From: Candidatus Paceibacter sp.
Lineage (GTDB): Bacteria; Patescibacteriota; Patescibacteriia; Magasanikbacterales; UBA922
Assembly (NCBI GenBank): GCA_020725175.1
Contig: DYFM01000005.1
Location: 1,855 to 65,854, forward strand
Length of the DNA: 64,000 bases
Direction: 5' to 3'
In this document: piece by piece, positions 18,250 to 28,781 of the stretch
How positions within the stretch are numbered: the first letter of the stretch is position 1
Layout: every line of letters starts with the position of its first letter
Notes under the pieces: generated by a model
The model's database searches: none
The model's input: the letters and a program-made list of their open reading frames with translations, nothing else
Told to the model about the DNA's origin: nothing
Program-made: the position numbers and the translations under genes

Positions 18250-19125
18250 TTAGACTCTCTCCACCCAATGCACATCAACACCAACATCAAGTTCCAAAAA
18301 TACTTTCTTGTTGGTTGCTTGTTCCAGTTCTTTTCTCGCCATTTGACCAATTTCCTTGATTTTACTTCCGCGAGCACCGATAATCATGCGCTTGTATCGC
18401 TCTTCGTTGGTCAAAATCCGAGCAGAAATGACAAAGAGATCTGGTTTTTCCTCAACACTGTCTACCTCAACAGAAATAGAGTAGGGTACTTCCTTATCAA
18501 AAATTGAGAAGGTTTTTTCTCGAATTATTTCAGAAATCCAAAAGTGATGATCTACGTTCGTTAGCTGATCCTCCGGGTAGAGTGGCTCACCTTCAGGAAG
18601 AAGTTCAATAACTTTATCACGCAGTGGCTGTACATGACTGGCTCGAAGCGCAGAAACCGGAAGAACAGCATCAAAATCGTTGCCCCAAAATTCATAATCG
18701 GCTTGAAACGCGCGTTCACTACGAGATAAATCACTTTTGTTAATGACGAGTATTTTAGGTTTTTCCACATGACGAATCATACCATATACTGCTCGTTCTT
18801 CTTGACCTATTTCTCTGGTAGGATCTACGACATATACAATGACATCAATATCTTGCAGTGCCTCGTGAACTTTATTTGTTAGTTTGGCGGTAAGCGGATT
18901 TTTTCTATCTTTAAATACCCCTGGGGTATCCACAAAAATCGCTTGCCCGTGAGGAGTGTTCATGACTCCGTGTATGATATGGCGGGTCATTTGCGCACGA
19001 AAACTAGTGGCAGCAATTTTAGTGCCAACGAGTGTGTTCAATAGGGTAGATTTGCCCACGTTTGACCGACCGACGAGGACGACAAAGCCGGACTTTGGTT
19101 GGGGGGTTGTTTGTTCTTTCTTCAT
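18250..19125 (-). CDS. era: GTPase Era
   Basis: GRSNVGKSTL, DTPG, NKSD, EVPYS, KH domain IIGARG. Confidence 0.96.
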   Translation of the reverse strand: MKKEQTTPQPKSGFVVLVGRSNVGKSTLLNTLVGTKIAATSFRAQMTRHIIHGVMNTPHGQAIFVDTPGVFKDRKNPLTAKLTNKVHEALQDIDVIVYVVDPTREIGQEERAVYGMIRHVEKPKILVINKSDLSRSERAFQADYEFWGNDFDAVLPVSALRASHVQPLRDKVIELLPEGEPLYPEDQLTNVDHHFWISEIIREKTFSIFDKEVPYSISVEVDSVEEKPDLFVISARILTNEERYKRMIIGARGSKIKEIGQMARKELEQATNKKVFLELDVGVDVHWVERV

Positions 19126-19130
19126 AGGTT

Positions 19131-19302
19131 TTACGGATTACGGATAATACGGAGCTACGGATATTGCTTATCAAAAGTGTGTATGAAAATAGGGTGTGTA
19201 TTTAGTATAAAGTAACTAGCTTATTTTACATAATTTATTTTTGAACTTAATCTTACAATTTCCATCAAACATCCGTAGCTCCGTATTATCCGTAATCCGT
19301 AA
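19131..19302. repeat. Perfect 32-bp inverted repeat of TACGGA units around a 108-bp spacer
   Basis: TTACGGATTACGGATAATACGGAGCTACGGAT at 19131-19162; exact reverse complement at 19271-19302. Confidence 0.92.
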
Positions 19303-19377
19303 CGTCATATTCAAATGTGGATATTATTATACCTAACTATTGCCAAAAAATCAACCTCGGGGTATACTGAATGGTAT

Positions 19378-19821
19378 ATGAAAGTAATTCTTCTCAAAGA
19401 CGTCCCCGGAACCGGTAAACGGGGAGAAATAAAAGAAGTGGCTGATGGGTATGCTCACAATTTTTTGATTAAGAAAAAATTGGCTGAACCAGCATCAAAG
19501 CAGTCCGTTCGTTCTGTGCAAGAAAAAGAAGCTAAGAAGCTACGAGATAACCAAAAAAATCGCCAACGCACCGAACAAATGGTCTCACGTCTTGATGGTG
19601 CGGAAATTGAAGTATCAGAAAAAACCAATGATGAAGGAAGATTGTACGCAGCCATAACGGCGCAAAAGCTATCGAGCTATATTCAAAAAAAATGTGGGAT
19701 TACTGTAGACCCAAAGCAAATCATTATTGAAGATCCAATCAAAGAAATTGGTGATCACCGAGTGCGCATCGACCTCGGTTACGGACTCGAGGCCGAACTA
19801 TCCGTCATTGTCTCCGATTAA
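19378..19821 (+). CDS. rplI: 50S ribosomal protein L9
   Basis: MKVILLKDV...VADGYAHNFLI...PIKEIG. Confidence 0.95.
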   Translation: MKVILLKDVPGTGKRGEIKEVADGYAHNFLIKKKLAEPASKQSVRSVQEKEAKKLRDNQKNRQRTEQMVSRLDGAEIEVSEKTNDEGRLYAAITAQKLSSYIQKKCGITVDPKQIIIEDPIKEIGDHRVRIDLGYGLEAELSVIVSD

Positions 19822-19848
19822 CCCTTTCATCCACTGAAAGGGTTTTTT
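19820..19848 (+). terminator. Intrinsic terminator after rplI
   Basis: AACCCTTTCA/TGAAAGGGTT stem + T-run. Confidence 0.75.
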
Positions 19849-20047
19849 ATTTTATTGTGATGTGCTATACTGATGGGGTTTTAAAAGTGTATCAACTATT
19901 TTGATAAACAGTTATTTCAGATGGACGCTAATTTTCTGAATGTAACAGAATTGTTACAAAATTACGTTTTGATTCGTTTTATTTATCCGATCTGTATTCC
20001 ATCAAAAGTTAGTAACTAACTCTTACTTGTAATTTATTTGTACAACT

Positions 20048-21709
20048 ATGTCAAAAAAGAAGAATCGAAAGTTCATCTTTGTGGTAGGAGGAGTATTGAG
20101 CGGGGTAGGAAAAGGGGTTACCAGTGCGTCGATCGGTGCAATATTAAAGAGAAAAGGGTTTTCCGTGACAGCACTCAAAGCCGATCCATACATCAATGTT
20201 GATGCCGGTACGATGAATCCAACAGAACACGGAGAAGTATTTGTAACGGACGACAAAGATGAGTGTGATCAAGATATGGGAAATTACGAACGTTTTTTGG
20301 ATACAGACCTAACCTCTGCGAATTACATGACTACTGGTCGAGTATATTTGGAAGTTATTGAGAAGGAACGAGCCATGAAATACAAGGGAAAGTGTGTTCA
20401 GGTTGTTCCGCATATTCCAGAGGAAATTATTCGGCGAATTACTCGAGCGGCTGAGTTGAATGATTCAGATATTACGATTATTGAGATCGGTGGTACGGTC
20501 GGAGAATATGAAAATATCCTTTTTTTGGAGGCTGTTCGGGAAATGAAGTTGACTCGGCCTCTCGATATAGCAGTAGTCCTCGTAAGTTATTTGCCAGTGC
20601 CGGCTCATATTGGTGAAATGAAAACAAAACCAACCCAGCATGCACAACGATCATTGAATCAAACCGGATTACATGCGGATCTTATTGTCGCTCGAGGCCG
20701 ACTTGAACTTGATTCTGTCCGAAGAGAAAAATTGGCAAACTTGTGTGGTATTAAAAAAGAAAATGCTATTTCCGCGCCAGATGTTTCTTCAATTTACGAA
20801 ATTCCATTGAAACTTGAGGAGCAGGATATGGGAAACAAGTTATTAAAAGCAGTAAATCTCAAACCTCGCAAAAGCAACATGTCAGATTGGGAATCATTTA
20901 TTTCCAAAGTACGAAACGGAAAACGAGAAATCAACATTGCTGTTGTTGGAAAATATTTTGGCACGGGAAATTTTACACTGGCTGATTCATACATTTCTGT
21001 TATTGAAGCGGTAAAGCATGGGGCATGGCATCATGATGTAAAACCGAAGTTGGATTGGATTGACTCAGAAGAGTTTGAGAAAAATTTAACTGCTACCAAA
21101 AAATTAGCTGAATATGATGGAGTGATTGTTCCCGGTGGATTTGGTACCCGTGGGGTGGAGGGAATCATAAGAGCCATTCAGTTTGCTCGCGAAAACAAGA
21201 TTCCATATCTCGGCCTGTGTTACGGTATGCAACTTGCAACAATTGAATTTGTCCGTAATGTGCTTGGGAAGAAGAAAGCCAATACTGTAGAAATGGATCC
21301 AAAAACTCCGGAACCGGTCATTCACATTAATCCAAATCAAGCGGAAAACGTCAAGAATAATCGATACGGTGGTACTATGCGTCTTGGAGCCTACCCCGCA
21401 ATTATTCGAAAAGGAACAAAAGTGTACAAGGCATACAATGAAGACATGATATCCGAGCGTCATCGTCACCGCTATGAATTTAACAATGACTATCGAGAAG
21501 CAATTGATGCTGCCGGCTTGAAAGTCGTGGGTATAAATCCGGAATCAGATTTAGTTGAAATTGTTGAGCTTGAAGACCATCCATTTTTTGTTGGTACGCA
21601 GTTTCATCCGGAATTTAAATCTCGACCAATGCGACCTCATCCGTTGTTTCGAGAGTTTATGAGGGCGGCTATTACTCGAAATAAAGAAATAGAGAAACTA
21701 GCCGTGTAA
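20048..21709 (+). CDS. pyrG: CTP synthase
   Basis: GGVLSGVGKG, KTKPTQH, GLCYGMQ, QFHPEF. Confidence 0.97.
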   Translation: MSKKKNRKFIFVVGGVLSGVGKGVTSASIGAILKRKGFSVTALKADPYINVDAGTMNPTEHGEVFVTDDKDECDQDMGNYERFLDTDLTSANYMTTGRVYLEVIEKERAMKYKGKCVQVVPHIPEEIIRRITRAAELNDSDITIIEIGGTVGEYENILFLEAVREMKLTRPLDIAVVLVSYLPVPAHIGEMKTKPTQHAQRSLNQTGLHADLIVARGRLELDSVRREKLANLCGIKKENAISAPDVSSIYEIPLKLEEQDMGNKLLKAVNLKPRKSNMSDWESFISKVRNGKREINIAVVGKYFGTGNFTLADSYISVIEAVKHGAWHHDVKPKLDWIDSEEFEKNLTATKKLAEYDGVIVPGGFGTRGVEGIIRAIQFARENKIPYLGLCYGMQLATIEFVRNVLGKKKANTVEMDPKTPEPVIHINPNQAENVKNNRYGGTMRLGAYPAIIRKGTKVYKAYNEDMISERHRHRYEFNNDYREAIDAAGLKVVGINPESDLVEIVELEDHPFFVGTQFHPEFKSRPMRPHPLFREFMRAAITRNKEIEKLAV

Positions 21710-21734
21710 CTCACGCCTTTGGCTGAATATATTC

Positions 21735-21760
21735 AAAAGACCACCTAACGGTGGTCTTTT
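21735..21760. terminator. Bidirectional terminator between pyrG and cysS
   Basis: AAAAGACCACC-TAAC-GGTGGTCTTTT. Confidence 0.8.
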
Positions 21761-21821
21761 ATAATAATTCTAGCATTTTCATGTCCGTACTCAGGGGTAA
21801 AACTATGAGTTACTTTTTTCA

Positions 21822-23189
21822 TTACGGCCTCACCACCCGCTGCCCATCCGTACCATCCTCAACCGAAAAACCGAGCTTTTGAATTTCGTCTCGCAATCGG
21901 TCACTTTCTTCCCAATTTTTTTGTGATCGAGCGGTAGCACGTAGATCAATCAATTGTTGAACTTCAAGCGGAATCTCAGTTGGACCTTCTTGTTCATGAA
22001 GATTCAAATTTAGCCCAAGCACTTTATCAAACCGCACAATCATGTCACGATTCATTTTTTTCTCTTTGAGCGCTGTCCAAACTATCGCTAGTGCTTCCGG
22101 TGTATTCAGATCATCATTGATCGCTGACTCAAATTCATGGACGACATGAAAATCTACCGGATCAGTCGTATCCAGTGCATCAACTTGAGCACGAAGACGC
22201 TTTAGACCTTGTTCTGCCGCCTCAAGTGCTTCCCAAGAAAAACTGAGCTGTTTTCGGTAATGAGCCTGAAGCAAGAAGTATCGGTAGGCGAGAGGAGAGA
22301 ATCCGCGATCTTTTATAGTTTGCAGTGTGATAAAGTTCTCTCCGGATTTTGCCATTTTATCTGCTCCAACATTCAAGAATTCATTGTGCAACCAATAAGA
22401 TACCCATGGTTTTTCAGATACAATTCCTTCGGCTTGGGCGATTTCATTGGTATGGTGTACCGGAATATGATCAATGCCGCCACTATGAATGTCAAAATGT
22501 TGTCCGAGATACTTCATACTCATAGCCGAACATTCAATGTGCCAACCCGGAAACCCCATTCTCCCAAATGCTTCCCACTCCATTTGTCGTTGCTCGCCGG
22601 GCTTACTAAATTTCCAGAGGGCAAAGTCATTCGGGTGTTTTTTTTCTCCCATCTCCACTCGTGCTCCAGCCTTGAGGTCTTGTTTTTCAAGCATGGCCAG
22701 TTTGCCGTAATCTGCAATCTTGGCTGTATCAAAATATATTCCATCACTGGTTTCATAGGTGAGACCGCGATGAATCAATTCTTCCACTTGAGAAATTTGT
22801 TCACTGATATGATCAGTCGCTTTCGGAAGTTCGTTTGGGGGAAGAATGTTCAAATCTTTTAAGTCAGATAAAAAAGCCTTTGTGTAGTGCTCAGCTATCT
22901 CCCAGGCGGTCTTACCTTCGCGCTTGGAACCTTTTTCCATTTTATCTTCACCGGCGTCAGCGTCATCAGTCAAGTGTCCAACGTCGGTAATATTCATTAC
23001 AAAGTTGACGTCATATTCATTGTATTTCAAAATACGATGCACTATGTCGGCGAAAACAAAGTTTCGCAGGTTTCCGAGGTGTACATAATGATACACAGTG
23101 GGACCGCAATTGTAATAACCCACTTGTTTCCCACTTATGGGGCGAAAGTCTTCTTTGGTTTTGGTAAGGGTATTGTACAATTTCAACAT
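21822..23189 (-). CDS. cysS: Cysteine--tRNA ligase
   Basis: CGPTVY, HLGN, PGWHIECSAM, KMAKS. Confidence 0.97.
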   Translation of the reverse strand: MLKLYNTLTKTKEDFRPISGKQVGYYNCGPTVYHYVHLGNLRNFVFADIVHRILKYNEYDVNFVMNITDVGHLTDDADAGEDKMEKGSKREGKTAWEIAEHYTKAFLSDLKDLNILPPNELPKATDHISEQISQVEELIHRGLTYETSDGIYFDTAKIADYGKLAMLEKQDLKAGARVEMGEKKHPNDFALWKFSKPGEQRQMEWEAFGRMGFPGWHIECSAMSMKYLGQHFDIHSGGIDHIPVHHTNEIAQAEGIVSEKPWVSYWLHNEFLNVGADKMAKSGENFITLQTIKDRGFSPLAYRYFLLQAHYRKQLSFSWEALEAAEQGLKRLRAQVDALDTTDPVDFHVVHEFESAINDDLNTPEALAIVWTALKEKKMNRDMIVRFDKVLGLNLNLHEQEGPTEIPLEVQQLIDLRATARSQKNWEESDRLRDEIQKLGFSVEDGTDGQRVVRP

Positions 23190-23344
23190 AAGAAAAAAGA
23201 TATTTCTTTCAGTATATCGAACTTCATATTTTCTGTAAAGAGAGCTATTTTGTTAAAGAGACCTGGGAGTAATTATTGACAGAAGCGGTGTGTCTGTGGC
23301 CCAATAAAGTAGAGTATGTGAATAGATGTATATTGAAACTGTTT

Positions 23345-23851
23345 ATGAATGTTGTTATTGGAGCTATTATTTTACTGTTTGTCATCGTCTTGGTAGGTGG
23401 AACGTTTTACTGGACGAAAAAAAAGACCGACAACACAGAACTACAGAAAGAAAGTAAACAGGGTTTTCTTCTTATTATTTTGATTGTTATCCTTGGTTTT
23501 TTCATGTTGTATGCCTATGCATGTACTGACCTACCTGAAGATGTTCCGACCACCACCATGGATGAACAACCCGGAAATCAAAACAACGGTTCTTTAGGGT
23601 CTGATCAAATTATTACTCCTGAACCGGAAGCAACTACCAATGATGTATCCTTTCCTGAGCAAATACTGTTATGCAATCAAGCAACCGAAGAATGTTATGA
23701 CGCGGCAGCTCGATTTTCCGGTGAGGAAACTCTTACAGCAATCATTTTTTCCGAAGATGTACTGTTTGACTATAATTCATTTCGTTGCGAGTCAAAAGGG
23801 AACTGTTTTATTCAATCTCAAACAGGGGAGAGTTGGCGAATGGTGTTTTGA
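23345..23851 (+). CDS. Hypothetical membrane protein with Cys-containing C-terminal domain
   Basis: Two hydrophobic helices, linker, four Cys in C-terminal domain; start uncertain. Confidence 0.6.
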   Translation: MNVVIGAIILLFVIVLVGGTFYWTKKKTDNTELQKESKQGFLLIILIVILGFFMLYAYACTDLPEDVPTTTMDEQPGNQNNGSLGSDQIITPEPEATTNDVSFPEQILLCNQATEECYDAAARFSGEETLTAIIFSEDVLFDYNSFRCESKGNCFIQSQTGESWRMVF

Positions 23852-23899
23852 CTCATCCACACTACCAAAAATTACTACTTCCTGATATGATGTGCTCAT

Positions 23900-24445
23900 A
23901 TGACATATCTTCCACAGGCCTTTTCCTTGGTATACACAAAAAAAACCCAGTATTTCGTTATAACACTTGTATTGAGTGTATTTATTTTTTTGTTTGCCCT
24001 ATATCTTCCACAAAAAGATTTTGTTGCCGCTATTCTTGCTGAAAATACTTTTTCTTTTTTAACAAAGCTTCGTTTGATTGTTGGTGCAAGTGGAAGCTTC
24101 ATCACAAATTTTTCTTTATTTTCACAGCTTTCTATTATCATCATCTCTTTGTTGTTTGGAATCAACGGTGCGTTTTTGGTTTATTACTTAATAAGAAAAG
24201 TTGCCGCTGACGTGGCTTCCGGATTGAGTTTGTTTGGAATTATCGGTGGATTGTTTGGTGTAGGGTGTTCGGCATGTGGGTCTGTGTTACTTTCATCGTT
24301 TATCGGAGTTGCCGGAACAGTGCAAATACTCGGAGTACTTCCGTTTCATGGAAAAGAGTTTTCTATATTTGGAATTGGTTTGATTATGTTTTCTATTTTG
24401 TATATTGCAAAAAAAATCGCAAGACCGCCGACATGTTCTATCTAG
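23900..24445 (+). CDS. Hypothetical multi-TM protein with GCSACG motif
   Basis: Four or more TM segments; CxxC; terminal Cys. Confidence 0.7.
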   Translation: MTYLPQAFSLVYTKKTQYFVITLVLSVFIFLFALYLPQKDFVAAILAENTFSFLTKLRLIVGASGSFITNFSLFSQLSIIIISLLFGINGAFLVYYLIRKVAADVASGLSLFGIIGGLFGVGCSACGSVLLSSFIGVAGTVQILGVLPFHGKEFSIFGIGLIMFSILYIAKKIARPPTCSI

Positions 24446-24500
24446 CCAAACATCCATGTATACAAAAATACCTGCCTTTGACGGCAGATATTTTTTTGTC

Positions 24501-24875
24501 TTACATTTCTTCTCTACCGGGGGTTGAAACACCTCCCCAAGTTGCCAGAGCAGCAACGATGATACCAAGAATGATATCGTTCCATAGTGCGGCTGACACA
24601 AAGGAGTATCCTAAGATGAATGGCGCAAAAATAAGCCAAATACCAATAACCACATTTACCCAGCTTGGCCACGCTACTTTGATTCCTTCACGAGTGGTAC
24701 GAGAAATGGCGAGTACTGCCACCACAATACCAACGATAATATCATTCCATACTGCTGCCGTAACGGCTGAATACCCCAAAATAAACGGAGCAAAAATCAA
24801 CCAAATACCGGCTAGTACATCGAGACCGTTTGCGGTTCGCACAGAGGTTTGTTGTTGTTGAAAAGTCATTGCCAT
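24501..24875 (-). CDS. SPW-repeat membrane protein
   Basis: Two GIWLIFAPFILGY...WNDII repeats; SD AAGGGAGGT before ATG 24875. Confidence 0.85.
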   Translation of the reverse strand: MAMTFQQQQTSVRTANGLDVLAGIWLIFAPFILGYSAVTAAVWNDIIVGIVVAVLAISRTTREGIKVAWPSWVNVVIGIWLIFAPFILGYSFVSAALWNDIILGIIVAALATWGGVSTPGREEM

Positions 24876-25021
24876 ACGTTTCACCTCCCTTCTTGGTGAG
24901 ATCTATATTCCTATTTTTAGTATACGCTTCTCAAGTAAACAGTCAAATAACCTGTCCTAATTTTCGTTTATTTTGACGAAAAAAAAACGCTATGTTATGA
25001 TATATTTATAACAATCTTTCT

Positions 25022-26965
25022 ATGACCAGCCAATTCACAGCCCAGAAAAAAAATTGTACCCACGACTATACCATTGAACTAAAAACTTTGTTGCACCGTT
25101 CAAAGGATCTCTACGAAGAACTTCTTGTGAATCTCCAAAACAATGATTCGGTATTTCTTGAGGTATTTAATAAAGTGACTATAGCAATTGGAAATACCGC
25201 TAACCTGGCGGAACTCATGATGGAAGTTCATCCTGATGTGTCGGTACGAGAATCGGCTGAGCATGTTGCTCAAGAAATAGATTCTTTGACTACTTCACTT
25301 TCTCTCAATCAAGATATATACAAACGTTTTGTTCGGGTGAACACCGATGAGCATGATGATGAAACCCAACGCATGATAGAAAAAACAATTCGCGATTTTC
25401 ACCGTTCCGGAGTTGATAAAGATGAGTCGCTTAGAAAAAAATTACAGAAACTATCGGAACAAATTACCAAAGTTGGACAGGAATATAGTCGACATATTCG
25501 TGATGATGTAAAAACAGTAGAATTACCAGATCGTGAGGGGTTACAAGGGCTACCCCAAGATTATATTGCTCGACACCAGCCGAACCAACAGGGGAACATC
25601 ATTATTACTACTGATTATCCGGATTTTACTCCAGTCATGAAGTATGCACATGACGCAACACTACGAAGGGAATTGCTTCTCCTTTTCTCAAACAGAGCTT
25701 ATCCAAAAAATATACCTGTTTTACAACAGTTACTTCACCTGCGTCATGAATATGCGACACTTCTGGGATATCAATCCTGGGTAGAATATATTACTGAAGA
25801 CAAAATGGTTAACAGTGGTGTGCGAGTAAAAGAATTTATTGCTACATTACATGAAGTTGCGAAAGAACGATGTGCTAAGGATTATCACCAACTTTTATTA
25901 GAAAAGCAAAAGGTTGAGCCTACTGCAACAGAAGTGTATGAATGGGAAATCAGCTATCTTCTTGAAAAAGTACGCGCAACAGAATGTGCCTTTGATTCAC
26001 AAACAGTACGTCAATATTTTGAATATGAGCGTGTAACAGAAGGGTTGTTGTCACTGACGAGTACCATGTTTGGTATCACCTATAGACAGAATGATTCCGT
26101 ACCGGTCTGGCACGAATCTGTTATTGTTTATGATGTATATGAGGATGAGCAGTGTATTGGCAGAATATATCTCGATATGCATCCACGGGAAGGAAAATAC
26201 AAACATGCCGCGCAGTTTTCTATTGCGAACGGAATAACGGGGGTGCAACTTCCCGAAGGTGTGTTGGTCTGCAATTTTCCCAATCCACACACCAGCAGTG
26301 AACCGGCACTCCTCGATATTCGAGAAGTAGAAACGTATTTTCATGAGTTTGGGCATTTACTCCACTTCATTCTTTCCGGCAAACAACGCTGGTATCGTCT
26401 TTCCGGACTGAGTATGGAATGGGATTTTGTGGAAGCACCATCGCAACTCTTTGAAGAGTGGGTATGGGAATATGATGTACTAAAACAATTTGCTAAACAT
26501 ATAGAAACCGGTGAAGTAATTCCTGAATCACTGGTTCAGGCGCTCCAAGCATCTGATAAACTAGGAAAAGGTCTTTTTATTGCCAGACAACTAGTCTTTA
26601 CTGCTTTTTCGTATGAACTGTACCGCACGAATCCTGAAGGATTAGATCCGGGACACTTGCTGCAAGAGCTCCAGTCAAAATATTACCCTGTCTCCATGAC
26701 TCCTGATACACATGCGGAAGCAAACTTTGGTCATTTGGTGGGTTATTCTGCGATTTATTATACCTACATGTGGTCACTCGTCATTGCCAAAGATTTGAAG
26801 TCACGATTTGATTCCCGTCACGGTCTTCTTGACGTGGAAGTGGCGATGCAATACAGAAAAACAGTATTGGAACAGGCCGGTTCAAAAGATGCTTCAGAAA
26901 TGATTGAAGCGTTTTTAGGGAGAAAATATTCCTTTAAAGCGTTTCAGCAGTGGTTGACTGAATAA
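25022..26965 (+). CDS. M3 family zinc oligopeptidase (thimet oligopeptidase-like)
   Basis: PREGKYKHAA, FHEFGH, WDFVEAPSQ, YYTYMWS. Confidence 0.93.
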   Translation: MTSQFTAQKKNCTHDYTIELKTLLHRSKDLYEELLVNLQNNDSVFLEVFNKVTIAIGNTANLAELMMEVHPDVSVRESAEHVAQEIDSLTTSLSLNQDIYKRFVRVNTDEHDDETQRMIEKTIRDFHRSGVDKDESLRKKLQKLSEQITKVGQEYSRHIRDDVKTVELPDREGLQGLPQDYIARHQPNQQGNIIITTDYPDFTPVMKYAHDATLRRELLLLFSNRAYPKNIPVLQQLLHLRHEYATLLGYQSWVEYITEDKMVNSGVRVKEFIATLHEVAKERCAKDYHQLLLEKQKVEPTATEVYEWEISYLLEKVRATECAFDSQTVRQYFEYERVTEGLLSLTSTMFGITYRQNDSVPVWHESVIVYDVYEDEQCIGRIYLDMHPREGKYKHAAQFSIANGITGVQLPEGVLVCNFPNPHTSSEPALLDIREVETYFHEFGHLLHFILSGKQRWYRLSGLSMEWDFVEAPSQLFEEWVWEYDVLKQFAKHIETGEVIPESLVQALQASDKLGKGLFIARQLVFTAFSYELYRTNPEGLDPGHLLQELQSKYYPVSMTPDTHAEANFGHLVGYSAIYYTYMWSLVIAKDLKSRFDSRHGLLDVEVAMQYRKTVLEQAGSKDASEMIEAFLGRKYSFKAFQQWLTE

Positions 26966-26991
26966 TTTTACAACTCAATGTTAATAACTGT

Positions 26992-27387
26992 ATGTCAGAA
27001 CAAACAATCGGAAAAAGAATGGTAAAAGTATTATTCTTTACTCTTGTGAGCATACTGTCATTGATAGGATTAGCTACCATTATTTTAGGTATTTGGTTTT
27101 TTACGACTGATCCACTGCATATGTTTGATAAACGTACAGATGTGTCTCCGGTATCTTCAGATACAGCTACTACAACATTTGATCATCCGTATCTTTCACC
27201 GGAACAGGAGGAACAATTACAACAATATGGATTTGATATACAAAAACTACCCACAAACATAACGCCTGAGCTTCAAGCATGTGCTATTGAGAAATTAGGT
27301 GCTTCAAGAGTTGAAGCGTTGCGAGCCGGGGCTAAACCAACTGCAACCGACTTTTTTCGCGCACGAGGCTGTTTAGAGTTAAAATAA
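26992..27387 (+). CDS. Hypothetical membrane-anchored protein
   Basis: N-terminal TM; small Cys-pair domain. Confidence 0.7.
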   Translation: MSEQTIGKRMVKVLFFTLVSILSLIGLATIILGIWFFTTDPLHMFDKRTDVSPVSSDTATTTFDHPYLSPEQEEQLQQYGFDIQKLPTNITPELQACAIEKLGASRVEALRAGAKPTATDFFRARGCLELK

Positions 27388-27437
27388 CACCTTGTTGAAT
27401 TTGGAGAGGGTGTTATACTAGCTCTATAACATAGCGT

Positions 27438-27866
27438 ATGAAATATTTTCTTCTATTCACTACCATACTATTTGTATTTATTCTCACAAATCCGGTCTAT
27501 ACACAAACAACGACACCGGCAACCTCGACTCCGCAGCCTGCCGTTTCAGAATTGGGAATCGAAGTGGGGGATTTGTTTGGCCTTCAAGCAATACAAAACA
27601 ATATTAATCTCGGAAGTAACGATCCCAGGCTTATCGCAACAAGTCTTATCAATTTATTGCTCGGGTTTTTAGGAATAATCACGGTAATAATGATTCTCTG
27701 GTCCGGAGTGCTTTGGCTATTTTCTTTTGGGAATGAAGAACGAACCACAAGAGCCAAGCGAACTCTCTTGAATACCATCATTGGTCTTATTATTATTCTT
27801 AGTGCCAATAGTATTGTAGTCTTTGTATTAAATTCCCTTACCAATGGAACTGCGCCGAATTTATAA
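27438..27866 (+). CDS. Pilin, TrbC/VirB2-like
   Basis: Signal peptide; two TMs linked by GNEERTTRAK; IIGLIII. Confidence 0.75.
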   Translation: MKYFLLFTTILFVFILTNPVYTQTTTPATSTPQPAVSELGIEVGDLFGLQAIQNNINLGSNDPRLIATSLINLLLGFLGIITVIMILWSGVLWLFSFGNEERTTRAKRTLLNTIIGLIIILSANSIVVFVLNSLTNGTAPNL

Positions 27867-27964
27867 GCCTTTTCAATGTCTTCAATATATGCTATGATGG
27901 TGGGCGTAACTCACAACACCATCACACGAGGCAGTATAAACTTCGGTGAGTAAGTTTTTTTTGT

Positions 27965-28318
27965 ATGCAAGATATTCAAGAAATTTTTAATAAAATTCAG
28001 GCGACTAGAAAACAGATAAAAGATATAAAAAAAATGATGAAAGACGCACTTGACGGAACGCAAGAGTATACAGAAATCAACGAGCAGATGAAAATATTGC
28101 GTGAAAAAAAGAAACGAGTAGAACAAGTAATAAAAGAAACCATGAGTTCAGAGCTAACAAAACTTGAAGATTTGCAAATTGATCTAGCGAGCGATCTCGA
28201 GATGATGAATGACATTTCTCTTACCAAGGCTATGAATGGTGAAACAATTACTCTAAAAGATGAGTATGACAATGAATACGAGCCGATTTTTGCAGTGAAG
28301 TTTAAAAAGGTGAATTAA
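27965..28318 (+). CDS. Hypothetical coiled-coil protein
   Basis: Charged helical ORF ending NEYEPIFAVKFKK. Confidence 0.7.
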   Translation: MQDIQEIFNKIQATRKQIKDIKKMMKDALDGTQEYTEINEQMKILREKKKRVEQVIKETMSSELTKLEDLQIDLASDLEMMNDISLTKAMNGETITLKDEYDNEYEPIFAVKFKKVN

Positions 28319-28388
28319 AGTTATCCACATATTGAATGAAATAGTAAGAGGAGTATAATCGACTCAGTAATTCTTAAGCGCCTTTTAT

Positions 28389-28619
28389 ATGAGCGTTACT
28401 GTATACTCTACGCCATCTTGCCCATATTGTGTGATGGTGAAAAATTATCTAACGGAAAAGAATATTCCGTTTGAGGACCACAATGTTGGTGCCGACCGAG
28501 CCAAAGCCGAGGAGATGGTTCAAAAGTCCGGTCAAATGGGTGTTCCGGTGGTTGATATCAACGGCACCATCATCGTAGGATTTGACCAAGCTCGTATCAA
28601 TCAAGCCCTCGGAATCTAA
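28389..28619 (+). CDS. Glutaredoxin-like protein (NrdH/YruB type)
   Basis: CPYC, SGQMGVPV, IVGFD. Confidence 0.9.
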   Translation: MSVTVYSTPSCPYCVMVKNYLTEKNIPFEDHNVGADRAKAEEMVQKSGQMGVPVVDINGTIIVGFDQARINQALGI

Positions 28620-28781
28620 CGGAAGTACAAGTTTACAGAACAAAAGTACCATCTAGCGGTACTTTTCTGTTTTTACAAAATATGATACACTCATGTAGTT
28701 CATTGATTCCTAGGAATTATTTCGCCCCTCCAATGAGAAACGTACAATCAACCAATAAACTATTAAACTAATAAACCAATT

